Source: Felis catus
Taxonomy: Eukaryota
Assembly (NCBI RefSeq): GCF_018350175.1
Contig: NC_058368.1
Span: 5,952,001-6,016,000 of the forward strand
Direction: 5' to 3'
Length of the DNA: 64,000 nt
A program made the position numbers and the translations under genes. Positions 13,401 to 28,100 of this stretch are shown here, one piece after another; the first letter of the stretch is position 1, and each line of letters opens with the position of its first letter. The notes beneath the pieces were generated by a model. The model was given only the letters and a program-made list of their open reading frames with translations, did no database searches and had not been told where the DNA came from.

Positions 13401-16400
13401 TTCTGCACACCTCAACCCTAAGACACAATCATACAGTAAAGTTAAGGGGGAAAGGGGCAGAAAAAAGTGACATTGGAGCTTGGGGAAAAAACAGCTGAAT
13501 ATTCTAATAATCAAAATATTTAGGAATAAACATATATAATACAAAGATAGGTATACACATCATAGAGAAAATATGCCATAACTTCAGGTTTCCAAGGAAA
13601 GGAACGAGAAACTACATACTACTCATGTCAGCATTCTGCAGTCTCTATTTCAACAATGTGAAGGAGACACAACAGTTTGCTTTGCTTGGTTTGTTTAAAT
13701 TTTTTGCCATGCGATGGCAAGGTTCCACTGCACTCCATTTTCCCCAAAGACATATAAAACAATTACTTGAAGGCAGCTCATTCATTCTTGATACTAGGAT
13801 ATATTTAGAATACCTGTTCAACCAGATTTTTAAAAACTTTGTATCTATTACCTATGTTAATTGCAGTTTCTTGTTTATCTCCTGTCAGGACCCATATTTT
13901 TATGTTTGCGTTCAGTAAAGCTGTTATCGTTTCTGGAACACGTGCTTGAAGGTGATCTTCAATGGCTGTGGCACCAAGCAGCAGAAATTCCTAGACGTTT
14001 TTTTCAAAGGGATATTTTTTATTATTAGTTAAGATAAAAAAATTTTTAAGACGGGATAAATTGGGCAAATTTTGACAAAAGATACGCATTCTACTTATTA
14101 TGTCCCATACCTGTACACACACACATACTTTTTTCTTGTCTCTTCCATTGGTCTGTTTGTCCCTACTTTGTTACAGTATGAGGCAGTGTAGCATGATAGT
14201 TAAAAGCATAGACTCATGGATCCATGTCTTAGCTCTACAAATTACTTCAAGTTATGATCTACAAACGATCAGAAGCACATTACTTAAATTTCCATGCCTT
14301 CATTTCTTCATCTATAACTGGCAAAGTAGGGGGAAAATGACTCAGAGAATTATTGTGAGAGTTAACATTTAGAAAGTGAGAATAGTATCTAACATATTAT
14401 AATTAGGAAATTAGGATTTGAATAGACATTTCTCCAGAGAAGATACACAAATAATCAAAAAACACATGAAAAGATGTTCAATATCATTAAAGAAGTGTAA
14501 ATTAAAATCACAGTGAGATAACTGCTTCGTACCCAGTAGGGTGGCTATACCAAGTTATAGATAGTAACAAGTGTTGGCAAGGATGTGAAAAAATTGGAAC
14601 CCTCATACACTGGTGGTAGGAATGGAGAATAGTGCAGCCATTTTGGAAAACTAGTCTGGCAGCTTCTCAAATGGTTACATGGAGTTGCCATATGACCCAG
14701 CAATTTCATTCTCAGGTATATTCAGGAAATAAAGAATGCCCACATGAAAAATTCCATGAGTGCATACAGAAGCATTATTCACAACAGCCAAGTGGAAACA
14801 ATCCAGATGTCCTTCGACAGAAGAATGGATAAACAATTGTATACCTACACAATGGAATACTATTTGGCACTGAAAATGAATGAGATATTGGTACGTGCTC
14901 CAATATGGATAAATCCTAAAAACATTAAGCTAAATGAAAGAAGCAAGTCACTAATATTTATGATTCCATTTATATGAAATATCCAGAGGAGGTGAATCTA
15001 CACAGACTAAAGGAAATTAGTGCCTGCATGGGGCTGGGCAAGAGAGTAGGAGGGAACCAGAGAGTGAATACTAATAGATATGGGGATTGAGAAGGATGTT
15101 GAAAATATTGTGTTCATTATGGTGATGGTTGCACAATTCTATTGAATATAGATATTATGCAGCTGAATATACTAAAAACTATAGATTGTATACTTTAAAT
15201 GGAGGAATTGTATGGTGTGTGAATTATATCTCAATAAAGATGTTGTATTAAAAAAAGGAATTATTCAAAGGAAATTTGAGGCCAGAGAACCTCAGAATCA
15301 AGTCTAATTCAATCAGCCAATATGTCAGATTCATATTTTACCAATTGAGTGATACTGGTAACACGAAAATTAATTACTTTAGCAGTTACTAAGTTATGAT
15401 GTACTTACTGACTATTGATACAAATGTGGAGATTGTCTCTCTTACTCTTACCCAACAGGAAACAAATTTAAATTTTATGAATGTCCTAAGGAAAAATATT
15501 CAAGAAGAAAAGAAGTGCTACTGGCCACAAGAGCTAGGAATATCAGAAAATCCCTCCCTATAACTGAAAACAAGTAGAGTCATAGCAATGTGCATGGAAT
15601 TATCTATAAGAACCAATTTCACACAACTAGTTGACCCTGACACATCTTTGGTGTTATATTCCAGTAGTTACCAAAAAGTCCATAGAGAGTAGCCATATAA
15701 CTAATTAACATAACATCAGCTGGAACTGTGGAAATTAACACAAGTACCAGGCAGAATATTAGACACTCTTGTAGCTAAAAAAAAAAAAAAAAAAAAAAAA
15801 AGATGTAAAAGATCTGTATGCTGAAAACTATAGAAAACTTATGAAGGAAACTGAAGAAGACACAAAGGAATGGAAAAACTCTCCATGCTCATGGATTGAA
15901 AGAATAAATATTGTTAAAATGTCAATATTACCCAAAGCAATCTACACATTCAATGCAATCCCAATTAAAACTGCACCGGCACTCTTCTCAAAGCTAGAAC
16001 AATCCTAAAATTTTAATGGAACTACAAAAGACCCTGAATAGCCAAAGTAGTATCGAAGAAGAAAACCAAAGTGGGAGGCATCATAATCCCAGACTTTAGC
16101 CTCTACTACAAAGCTGTAATCCTCAAGACAGTATGGTAGTGGCACAGAAACAGACACATAGACCAATGGAATAGAGAACCCAGAATTGGACCCACAAATG
16201 TATGGCCAACTAATCTTTGACAAAGCAGGAAAGAGTATCCAATGGAAAAAAGACAATCTCTTTAGCAAATGGTGCTGGGAGAACTGGAGAGCAACATGCA
16301 GAAAAATGAAACTAGACCACTTTCTTACACCATACACAAAAATAAACTCAAAATGGATGAAGGACCTGAATGCCAGACAGGAAACCATCAATACCCTAGG

Positions 16401-19400
16401 GGAGAAAGCAGGATAAAACCTCTTTGACCTCAGCTGCGGCAATTTCTTACTTGACACATCTCCAAAGGCAAGGGAAATAAAAGCAAAAATGAACTACTGG
16501 GACCTCATCAATATAAAAAAAGTTCTGCACTGCAAAGGGAACAATCAACAAAACTAAAAGGCAACCGATGGAATGGGAAAAGATACTTGCAAATGACATA
16601 TCGGACAAAGGGCTAGTATCCAAAATCTGTAAAGAACTCACCAAACTCCACACCCAAAAAACAAATAATCCAATGAAGAAATGGGCAGAAAACATGAATA
16701 GACACTTTTCCAAAGAAGACATCCAGATGCCACATGAAAAGATGCACAACGTCATTCCTCATCAGGGAAATACAAATCAAAACCACACTGAGATACCACC
16801 TCACGCCAGAGTGGCTAAAATGAACAAATCAAGAGACTATAGATGCTGGAGAGGATGTGGAGAAATGGGAACCCTCTTGCACTGTTGGTGGGAATGCATA
16901 CTGGTGCAGCCACTCTGGAAGACAGTGTGGAGTTTCCTCAAAAAATTAAAAACAGAACTACCCTAAGACCCAGAAATAGCACTGCTAGGTATTTACCCAA
17001 GGGATACAGGAGTACTGATGCATAGGGGCATGTGTACCCCAATGTTTATAGCAGCGCTTTCAACAATAGCCACATTATGGAAAGACCCTAAATGTCTATC
17101 AACTGACAAATGGATAAAGAAGATGTGGTTTATGTACACAATGGAATACTACTTGGCAATGAGAAAGAATGAAATATGGCCTTTTGTACAAAGTGGATGG
17201 ACTGGAGAGTGTTATGCTAAGTGAAATGAGTCAGGCAGAGAAAGACAGATACCATATGTTTCACTCATATGTGGATCTTGAGAAACTTAACAGAAGACCA
17301 TGGGGGAGGAGAAGGGGGAAAAAGTTAGAGAGAAAGAGGCAAACCATAAGAGACTCTTAAATACTGAGAACAAACTGAGGGTTGATGGGGGTTGGGGGGG
17401 AGGGGAAAGTGGGTGATGGGCATTGAGGAGGGTACCTGTTGGGATGTGCACTGGGTGTTGTATGGAAACCAATTTGACAAGAAGTTATATTAAAAATAAT
17501 CAAAACGGGGGCACCCTGGTGGCTCAGTTGGCTGAGTGACCGACTTCAGCTCAGGTCATGATCTTGCAGTTTGTGAGTTAAAGCCCCGTGTCGGGCTCAG
17601 TGCTGACAGCTCGGAGTCTGGAGCCTGCCTCGAATTCTATGTCTCCCCCTCTCTCTATCCCTCCCCTGCTCATGCTCTGTGTCTCTCGGTCTTTCAATAA
17701 TAAATAGACATTAAAAAATTTTTTTTGAATAATCAAAATAAATAAATAAAATTAAAAAATAAACACTGTCTGTTTGCCAGGCACTGTGTACATGCTGGAG
17801 ACCAGCATTCAGCTGATGATTCATCTAATAACATGAAGAAACCAGTCAGCTTGAGGCCACCGCACTCCCTGACCTTGCCACCCATCTCACATAACCTGGG
17901 AAAGGCAAACTTACCTGTTCTTTTTCTTATCCTATGAATTCCTTACTCTTTTCCCACTTATGACTTCCAGACTAAAACTAAAACTAAAATATAAAATACA
18001 TCGGTTTGATTGAAAAATAATTGCATAGTAATACTTGTACAGTCTTTCAAGTGCCAGAGGCCAATTTCAACTGCTCAGATTTCTTCCCGGTGTGTGGGAG
18101 CAACAGACAACTTGCCGGGAACATAAGGAAGAGGAGGGTTACATAAATCAGTCTCCTTGCTGTGCTGCGTCAACAGATGCGGAGTAATCACCTGTGAGGG
18201 TTACTGCAGCACATTCACATAGTTGGTGTGAAGCTAGGTTAGGTTCCTAATCTTTCAACACACAACTTAAAAACAAAAACAAAAACATAGACCCAATGAT
18301 GTCAAGAAAACCCCTGAGTCTAAATCTGCTTTGGCTGTGCTCCTGCTGGAATAAAATGCGGAGTTCATGGAACCAAATGACAAAAGAACCCAAGTCAAGA
18401 AACTAAGATAAGAATGGACCCAGGAGCCACAAGATCCCTGAGGCCACAACAAGCAAATTCACAATGACCCTCGAGTGACACTCAACAGTCCAGGCTGCAA
18501 GAGATCCCCTGGAACAGTAACCACCAGAGAAGAGCACAATAAAATTATACTCATCCATGTAATGAAATACCATGGACTGATCTAAGAAAATAACAGAAGA
18601 ATATTCAGTGATATGGAAAAAATATCCCCAATTTATTGCAAAGTGAAAATTTTCATGATTCAAGCAGTATGTTCATGGGGAAAATTCGATGGAGATTTTT
18701 TTTTGGCGGCAGGGCGGGGCGGGGGGGGGTAGGTTTTTACTTTTAATTTTTATAGGAAAAAATTTGTATGTGTGTATTAAATACCTACAATGGAATACCA
18801 CGCATATATGAAGAAAGAGACTGGAAGATTATACACTAGAACTTAGTCATTAGCCCAACATTACAGATGATGGTTATTTACTATTCCAGCTTATTTTTCT
18901 GTGAAAAACATGTATTTCTTTTGGAATGGGAAAGGTTATTCAAAAAAAAAAAGGGATAACAAGATTGAAGTAATTAGGGTATGATTTGGAAAAGAAAGAA
19001 ATATTTTTAATATTTTACAAGATATATCTTATGAATTTGCAGTACAAAATGTATACTTCCGAAGAAAAAAAAACACAATTTAACTGAGTTTTTAAAATTA
19101 CATCAAAACATGAAAACATCGATGAGTGCATGCTTTCCAAACTTTAACTTGGCCTGTAGCATACACATGGGGTATGTTACCTTTTCGATATGATCGTAAC
19201 ATTCTTCCAAACTCTGCCTTCTGTCCTGTATAACTGTACTTGCTTTTTTATACTCCATCAACCACTGTTGATATTGTTTCTCCGTTAAATCTGTATAGGC
19301 AATACAGAGAGTTCTCAGTCCTGTAAGAAAGAATGGAATACAACCTGATCAAGCCGTCAGTCAGTGATCAGGGAGAAGTAGAGAATTTGAAAACAAATCC

Positions 19401-22400
19401 AAAAGTGTTTTTAGAGGTCATGGGAATGTGAAGTCCTTCACATGGCCCTCCCTGATCTGTCCCTGGCTACCTTACTGATTGATCTTATCTCCTCCCCTCT
19501 TCATTGCTTTCTTACTGGTCCTCTTACCTTCCAAAACTTGCACTTCCTCTGCCCTTGTCCTGGAATCTTTTTCCCTGGAAAGCCACATGGTTCTCCTTCC
19601 CTTTCTTCAGTTTCTGCCTAACTCAGCCTGCAGAGAGAGCAACCATCACGCTCTGTTCCCCTGTCCTGCTGAAATTTTCTCCACAGCACTTGTCACCCCC
19701 CTGACATTATCTATTATTGGCCAATTCCCTCAGGGCATGAGCTGTCTATGTTTTGCTCACTTCTGTCCTGGGAGCTCACAACAGCGCACGGCACTTAATA
19801 AATACTCAATATCTGTTTATTGAAGGAAGGAAAAAATGAACGAGGCTTTAGTTTTTCAATTTCCAAGTAAGTCAAACAATTGTTAAAACAACAGAACATG
19901 AATTTAAATCCCATTTTGTAAAGACTTACTGGGAAAAAAATTAGAAATCATATTTTACTCTAATATTTTAGGCGAACCCCAGAAAAGCATTCAAATAGTT
20001 GGGGATCCCCTAGAAATGAACTCATTACAGATAAACTAAAGAAGTTGTTATATTGTTTTGAGCTCCATTACAATACAGTTCCTATATGCTTCTACCTGTT
20101 GTAACCTGCCTACAGCTCACATCTATTTTAAGATGGAAGTAAAAGGCCCAAAGTGCAACCTTGCAAAATACCAACACTTCTAGGCAAAACACATGGCTTG
20201 GGAAGCAGAAGCTTATAACCTAAAAGGATAAAGGGGGATACAGCTTCCAGGTATTATTAGCTTTACTCTTACATGATATGATACCTTGCTTTTTCAAAAC
20301 TTCTATAAACTTTTTAGTTAGTGTTGTTCTTATTCAAAACTCACTCATGAAATTTTCTTTTTAATTAAAAAAAGTTTTAAGTGTTTATTTATTTTTGAGA
20401 GAGCGAGAAAGAGACAAAGCGTGAGCAGCAGGGAGGGGCAGAGAGAGAGGGAGCCACAGAACTCGAAGCAGGCTCTGGGCTTGAAGCTGTCAGCACAGAG
20501 CCTGAGGAGCTCGAACTCACAAGCTGTGAGATCGCTACCTGAACCAAAGTCAGACACTCAGCCAACTGAGCCACCCAGGCGCCCCCTGAAATTTTATTTC
20601 TTAAGAGATGGGTGATAAGTCAAAATCAGAAGGATAATAAGAGAATGGCAGGAAAACATTGACTGTGTCTGCTTTCTGAGTTATATGTACAAAATAGGTA
20701 ACTTTTTCTCTACTACGGGCCAAGTTCCTAGTACAACAAATAGAAACAGATAATAGATGTCTTTGTAGACACTGCTTTTGGAATAAAGGAAGAACTTCAC
20801 AGTAGAAACATACTTTTTAGTGTTTGCTCATAAGCATAAAACACATGGAGAGAGGAAGAAGGAAAAATAATGTCTCAACAGGGTTTATTTGAAGAACCAT
20901 TTACTTTTAAGCAAACAGAAGGCGTCACAAAGTCACATACATGAATGAGCTCCCCTTGCCAGCCAAGCATCGATGACATACATTCAGTTTATAATTTCAA
21001 TATTTAAGAAGAGCATTTCAAAAGGGAACATCATTCTCAACAATTTTCACTTACCTTCTTTGGCAAAATATTCCAGATGGGTTAATGTCTCCTTCACAAA
21101 GAGAGAGTCATCTGAAAGTCTCTCATAAATCACTGTATCCTATTAAAAAAAAAAAAAAAGTTCCTGTGACTAACATCTTATCTAAGCCTGACAGTCCAAA
21201 TTCTAAATACTGCATTACAATTTTATTGTCATATACAATAGATGTGAGGAACTCAAGCAGTCCCAGGGAAGACACAATTCCAAAGAGGATACATTACATA
21301 CAGAGGAACAGAGGTAACAGACTTTTCACTGAGACAATGCAAGTGATAAGCCAGTAAAGCACAATCTTTAAAGAACTGAAAGAAAAAAAATTGTCAACCT
21401 GGAATCCTATATTCCTCAAAAATTTATTTCAAAATGAAGGTGAGAGAAAATAAAGATGAAATAAAAATATTTTTCAGACATAAACAGGCTGAAAAAACTT
21501 ATTGCCAACAGATGCATGCTATAAGATATGGTAAAGGGAATCTGTCAGAGAGGAGATTATAGCAAATAGAAACATGAGTCTGAAGAGCACTGAAAATGAT
21601 AATGACATGAGTGTGTGTCACACACAGTATTTTTTTTATTTATTTTAACAAGGATAATTGCTTGAGCAAAATTAATAACAATACACTGTGAAGTTTATAA
21701 CATTTATAAAATTAAAATGTCTGACAAGAGCACAAACATTGGGTGGAAACAGATGGAAGTACAGAATTGTAAGGTATATAATCACTCCACGACAGAATGT
21801 AATAAATTAAAGATGCCCACTCTAAGACCTAAAACAACTAATCAAATTTTAAAAAGGAGAGATATAGGAATAAAAAAATACTGAAGTAATTCTTGTCATA
21901 AATGAAAAAAGAACTGGAACAAATAGAAAATAAATGGCAAAATGATGTGTTTAAACCTAGCTGTATCAGTAAGCACATGTAAATGGTTTAATATCCAGTT
22001 AAAAGGCAGAGAATTCCAGGATGGATTAAAGATAAAAACAAAACAAAACAAAACAAAAAACAACCAACTACATGCTTCCTAGAAGAATCGTACTTTAAGT
22101 ATGAAGACACAAATGGGCTAAAAAGAAAGAAAAAAATATACCATAGCAACACTAATCAAAAGAAGCCTGCGATGGCTATGTTATAACCAGACAATAGAGA
22201 ATTCAGAGTGAAGAAAATTGCCAGGGATAAGAAAAATCATTTTGCACTGACAAAAGGGTCAATTTCATCAAGAGGAATTGGCAATCCTGAATGTTTATAC
22301 ACCTAATGACATAGCTTCAAAATGAAGCTTAAACTAATAGAAGCAAATGCAATGAATGAAAAGCTAAAAGAACTTGAAGATGAAAAATCACCATTCAGAC

Positions 22401-24902
22401 ACAATGATATTTGGGGATTTTAATATCCCCCTTTCAATCACTGATAGAACAAGTAGACAGAGTCATCAAGGATATAAAAGATTTGGATGACAGTATCAAC
22501 CAACTTAACTAATAGTTATAAACTACTTTATCCCACAACAACAGAATACTCAGACTTTTTATATGCATACAAAACATTTAACATTTGATAGGTCATAATA
22601 TGAACCATAAAACAAGTTCCAATAAAATAAAGGATTCAAGTTATATAGAGTATGTTCTCTACTAAAACGGAATTATGTTCTAAATCAATTAAAAGAATAG
22701 CTCTAGCAAATGCCCAAATATTTAAAAACACATACTTAAAAAGAACCCATGAGTCAAAGAAGACATCATAACAAAACTTAGAATATTTTGAATGAATGAA
22801 AATGAAAATGCAGCACATAAAAATTTGTGACATTCTGCTAAAGCAATAATTAGGAAATGTATAGGACTAAACATTTGTATTAACAAAGAAAGAAAGAAAG
22901 TTCTCAAATCAAGTTCTGCCTTAAGAAACTATAAAAAGAGGGGCGCCTGGGTGGCGCAGTCGGTTAAGCATCCGACTTCAACCAGGTCACGATCTCGCGG
23001 TCCGTGAGTTCGAGCCCCGCGTCAGGCTCTGGGCTGATGGCTCAGAGCCTGGAGCCTGTTTCCAATTCTGTGTCTCCCTCTCTCTCTGCCCCTCCCCCGT
23101 TCATGCTCTGTCTCTCTCTGTCCCAAAAATAAACATTGAAAAAAAAAATTAAAAAAAAAAAAAAACAAGAAACTATAAAAAGACTGAGGTGTTTGGGTGG
23201 CTCAGTCAGTTGAGCATCCAGCTCTTGATGTTGGCTCAGGTCACGACCCCAGGGTGGTGGAATTGAGCCCCACATTGGGCTCTGCACTAAGCGTGGAGCC
23301 TGCTTAAGATTTTCTCTCTCTCTCTCTCTCTCTCTCTCTTTTCCTCTCTCTCTCTCTCTCCCTCTGCATCTTTCCCTTGCTCACACTCTCTCTCTGTCTT
23401 TAAAATAAAAAATAAAGAAACTAGAAAAAGAGGAGCAAATGAAGCCACAAGTAGGCAAAATAATAGGAATAATAAAGAGTAGAAGCTAATGAAATAGGAA
23501 ACAGAGAAACATTGAAGAAAAATCAAATCTGGAAGCACTTTCTTCAGGAATATCAATAAAACCAATAACTAGCTAGCCTACCATATGATTTCACTCATAT
23601 GTGGAATTTAAGAGATGAAACAGATGAACATATGGGAAGGAAGGGGAAAAGAGAAGAGCGGGAAACAAACCACAAGAGACTCTTAACAACAGAGAACAAA
23701 GTGAGGGTTGATGGAGGGAGGTGGGTGGGGGATGGGCTAAATGGGGGAGGGGCCTTAAGGAGGGCACCTGTTGGGATGAGCACTGGGTGTTGTATGTAAG
23801 TGATGAGTCACGAAATTCTACTCCTAAAACCAATACTACATTCTATGTTAACTAACTAGAATTTAAACAAAATCTTGGAAGAAAATAGGTAAGTAAAAAT
23901 GGAATAATTATGAGTTAAAGAAGCTACACAATAAGTCATCCTATATGACTTACATATATCCTATATGACTTTATATAAAATTTAATAAATGCAAACGAAT
24001 CTGTAGTTGACAGAAAGCAGACTGGTATCAAAACGTATCAAATTATACACTTTAAATAATGTGCAGTTTATTTTACCTCAATAAAGCTGTTTTCTTTCTT
24101 TTTTTTTAATTTTTTAATGTTTTATTTATTTTTGAGACAGAGAGAGAGACAGAGCATGAGCAGGGGAGGGGCAGAGAGAGAGGGAGACACAGAATCGGAA
24201 GCAGCTCCAGGCTCCAAGCTGTCCGCACAGAGCCCGACGCAGGGCTCGAACTCACGGACCGTGAGATCATGACCTGAGCTGAAGTCAGACGCTCAACCGA
24301 CTGAGCCACCCAGGCGCCCTGTAAGCTGTTTTTCTTTTAAGTACATATGGCTGTGAACAAATATATACGTGCTTAAAAAAAAAGGATTTACAGAGGCAAA
24401 GCCATTTCCTGAGATTCACCAAATCCAAGCACTTTGGGCTTGAAATGGGGATCAAAATTCCTGCTCTAAACTCTTAGCATCAACAATCTACTCATTAGTT
24501 CTCAACAGACCAATTGAGTGACAACAAATTTTTCACTGACATTAAAGCTTAATAAACATTCTGGTGTGGATCACCATAAATTTCAATGACTTGAGTCTTG
24601 GGGAAGCTTTGGGGCTACCAAGAAAGGACTTTTCAGCCTTGGCTGATGCTGGCAACGACCAATGGTAACAGCAGATTCAAAGTAACATTGAAAAATAATT
24701 GCGAAGTTGTAAAAGGCTTCCTGCAAGTTGTTGAAACAGAGGGAAGGCGTTAATACGAATGATGAATCATGATACTTACAGCCCCTTTGCAGTACAGCCG
24801 GAGCTTTCCTGTAGGAGTTCGGACAATTACAGACATCCTTTTTCTATTACTAAGACAATATGAAATGCATTATTGGTTTCCATGTTTCTCAGTACATGGT
24901 GC

Positions 24903-24951
<49 letters not shown>

Positions 24952-25154
24952 CCAAGTTAAAAGAATTCTCAGAGTCCTCCGCTGACCATTAGTGAAAAGG
25001 CCAACATGTTTCTTGCCAGCCTCCATTTCTTTTTTCTTTACCTGTTTCTTTAAACTGAGATTCTAATCTAAATCTCCACCTTCTACTACTACTGTTTCTC
25101 AGTTACTATCCTTTTCTTCCATGGAAATTTATTAGCACAAATATATATACATAC

Positions 25155-25186
<32 letters not shown>

Positions 25187-28100
25187 ATGTTAATTACATA
25201 GTGTAATATGTATAACATATATTGTGTTTTGTATTATTACTATTATGTATTATGTAATACATATATAATGTAACATACACTTATGCATTACACATATAAG
25301 ACATAAATTATATATACATATAGCATATATAATATAATCACTTACGAACGGATGAGGAAAGAGGAAAGCTTCCCTGGTTGTGTATTTTTCAGGCCTCACA
25401 ACATCTCTGTCAGGTAGACCCTCCTGTCCCCCCTGCTGCACAGAGATGTTTAACTTCTGGCTTGAGAGATGCCAGTTATTTTTCTGTATAGTTCTGTCTC
25501 AAAGTCCTCTGGATTTTTTTCCTTTTTGTTTTTTTATGATTATAGACAGAACTTAAACTCATTGCTTTCATTCCTGAGTTAGCAGCCCAAATAGGCTTGA
25601 AGATCTCCCCTCTCCTCCTTATCCCACACCCTGCCAAAGTAAACTGGCCAAAATCTTTTTTTTTTCCCTTTTTCCTCATCTTGTCATTCCCTAACCTTAA
25701 CCTTGGATGGCTCTCCATAGCTTACAACAACTTTTCAAGAGACTCAAACAAGCTACCTGCAAATCAGCACCTTCTCAGATATTCATCATATCCTACAATG
25801 CTATGTGTTGCACAGTCCAAGGGGGGGGGTCCCAGTGAGTAGCCCCACACCTGAACACTTGAGCTAGGAAACATCTCAATAGGGACAGGGGCCAGCAATT
25901 GCTTTAACTGCCTAGCTGTCAGAATGCCACTAAAGGCAACTGAGTCATTCCAGTGTCACCCAGCTAGGAGCTCGTACTTTAAGGACAGGAAACGAGTGCT
26001 CTAGTAGTAGTGACAGTCAGATATGAAGTAAAGGGAGAGCTAGAATCAACACTGAGATACATTTTCTTGTAATACAGTTTTTAGAAGCAGCTGTCCTCAA
26101 GAGACAAGTTGGTAACAACAACTCTTCTGAGGTTCAAAGCTTTTTCTAAAGCATGTCATTGGCCAATAAGTCTTACTCATATGTGGATCTTGAGAAACTT
26201 AACAGAAGTCCATGGGGGAAAGGAAGGGGGAGAAATAGTTACAAACAGAGAGGGACGGAGGCAAACCACGAGAGACAAACTGAGGGGGCATGGGGGGAAG
26301 GGGAAAATGGGTGATGGGCATTGAGGAGGGCACCTGTTGGAATGAGTACTGAGTGTTGTATGGAAGTCAATTTGACAATAAATTATATTTTTAAAAAGAT
26401 TTTTAAAATCACCTGGCTTTGGGAAGAACGAATTATTCCTTTCCTAATTTTCTAGCACTTCTCTTTCTAATTTTTCAGATTCCACATTAGAAATGCTCAG
26501 ATGGGGGCGCCTGGGTGGCGCAGTCGGTTAAGCGTCCGACTTCAGCCAGGTCACGATCTCGCAGTCCGTGAGTTCGAGCCCCGCATCGGGCTCTGGGCTG
26601 ATGGCTCGGAGCCTGGAGCCTGTTTCCGATTCTGTGTCTCCCTCTCTCTCTGCCCCTCCCCCGTTCATGCTCTGTCTCTCTCTGTCCCAAAAATAAATAA
26701 ACGTTGAAAAAAAAAATTAAAAAAAAAAAATAAGAAATGCTCAGATGGTCTAAGAGACTGAGACTCTGTGAGTCTTTAAAACAGTGCAATGAAAATAAAA
26801 TCATCACCAGTATCCTCACAATAGGCTATGGGGACCAGGCCACAGTGGCTGGACCAGAAGGCCCTCTGAAATCCAAGAGAAGAGAAGACAATGTGGATGC
26901 ACATTGCCTCCTTTGGGGGTAAAAAAAGGAGTTACTTCACTGTCTATGTTTAAAGAAATCATTTTGGGTTTATTTGTAAAAATAATGTCCAATATTCATC
27001 TATTCATCAAGTATTTATTGAGCACTTACTGAATACCACATTCCACAGAAGGTGACTCATGCGTTCCTGGGATCCCGAGTCTAGTTGGCGACACAGTCAA
27101 TAAGTAATAACCCGGATGTGAAATCTCAAGTCTGACTCTGACGAGAGCTGAGAAGGAGAGGTGTGGGAACCCCTCTCAGCTACAAAAGGGGATTTGGCCT
27201 AATGAGAACTAAAGAAGTGAGCACCAGGCTCAGATTTAAGGCTCGATGGAAGCTGACCAGAATTTCATGATTCTGCATTAAAGCTTTGATTTACATTTCC
27301 AAATCCTAACTGAAGAGTCACGGAAAGAGCCCTGGAGAATACATGAACAAAATGAAAAGGTAGCTTACCTAGAAAACTCCAGGATGTTAAGAATTTCAAA
27401 TGTGAAGTTTTCTCCCATCTATAGGAAGGTAAGACAACATATTCTTACCTGAGGAAAAAAGTACTCATCTTGCAAAACCGCTCACTCTCCCAGTCGGAAA
27501 CAAGTTTTACCCGACAACTACACATCTTTTTCAAAACAGAAATTTCCTTACAAACTTGATGAAAGGATGGCGCCCTCTTCTGGCAAGAACATTGTTTGCA
27601 AACTGGGGAATAGTTAGAAAAATGCTTCTCAGAGTGCAGATTTAAGGCTGAAACACCTGTTTTCAGTATAAAGTCAGCACCACGAGAAACAGTTTATAAA
27701 CACTCTCATGTTGCAAGGGGACGTGGAGACCATCAACAGACAGAAATGGAAAAACAAGTAAGTCCTGTCATAAAGTCACGCAGTTCAAATGAAATCCTTA
27801 ATCCTTAGATAATTTGAAGAGATAAGCATAGAAAGAGACGGCATGCTATAAAATTTTGTATCAGTAAAATTTGAATTCTTTTCTAAATTTTTCCAGTTAC
27901 AGCTTCTTGACTTCCTGTAGCCATGATCAGTTCACCAAGAAGGCAGCGCAGAATTTCAAATAATTAGAGAGTGGTCCATGTGGCATGTACTCTGGGTATA
28001 AGGATGAATCATTCAGTCCATTCTGCCAAGGGCTGAATGTCTAGTAGATATCCCTAACCACTGCATTATTACTGGAAAAAAAAGTAGTGAGTTGAGCATC

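Larger units (their letters stand above)
21230..24090 (+). mobile_element. Old L1 ORF1/endonuclease relic with nested SINEs and a carnivore L1 3' end (23580-23880)
   Basis: A-rich degenerate L1; 3' UTR at 23580-23880 resembles that at 9640-9920. Confidence 0.75.

Noticed and set aside
18706..18730. G-run with G-quadruplex potential (similar run at 3868-3888)
   Set aside because: Short low-complexity runs with no supporting context.
26487..26819. Recurrent ORFs such as [16 protein letters not shown].. and ..[19 protein letters not shown]..
   Set aside because: Translations of Can-SINE copies, repeated throughout the window.
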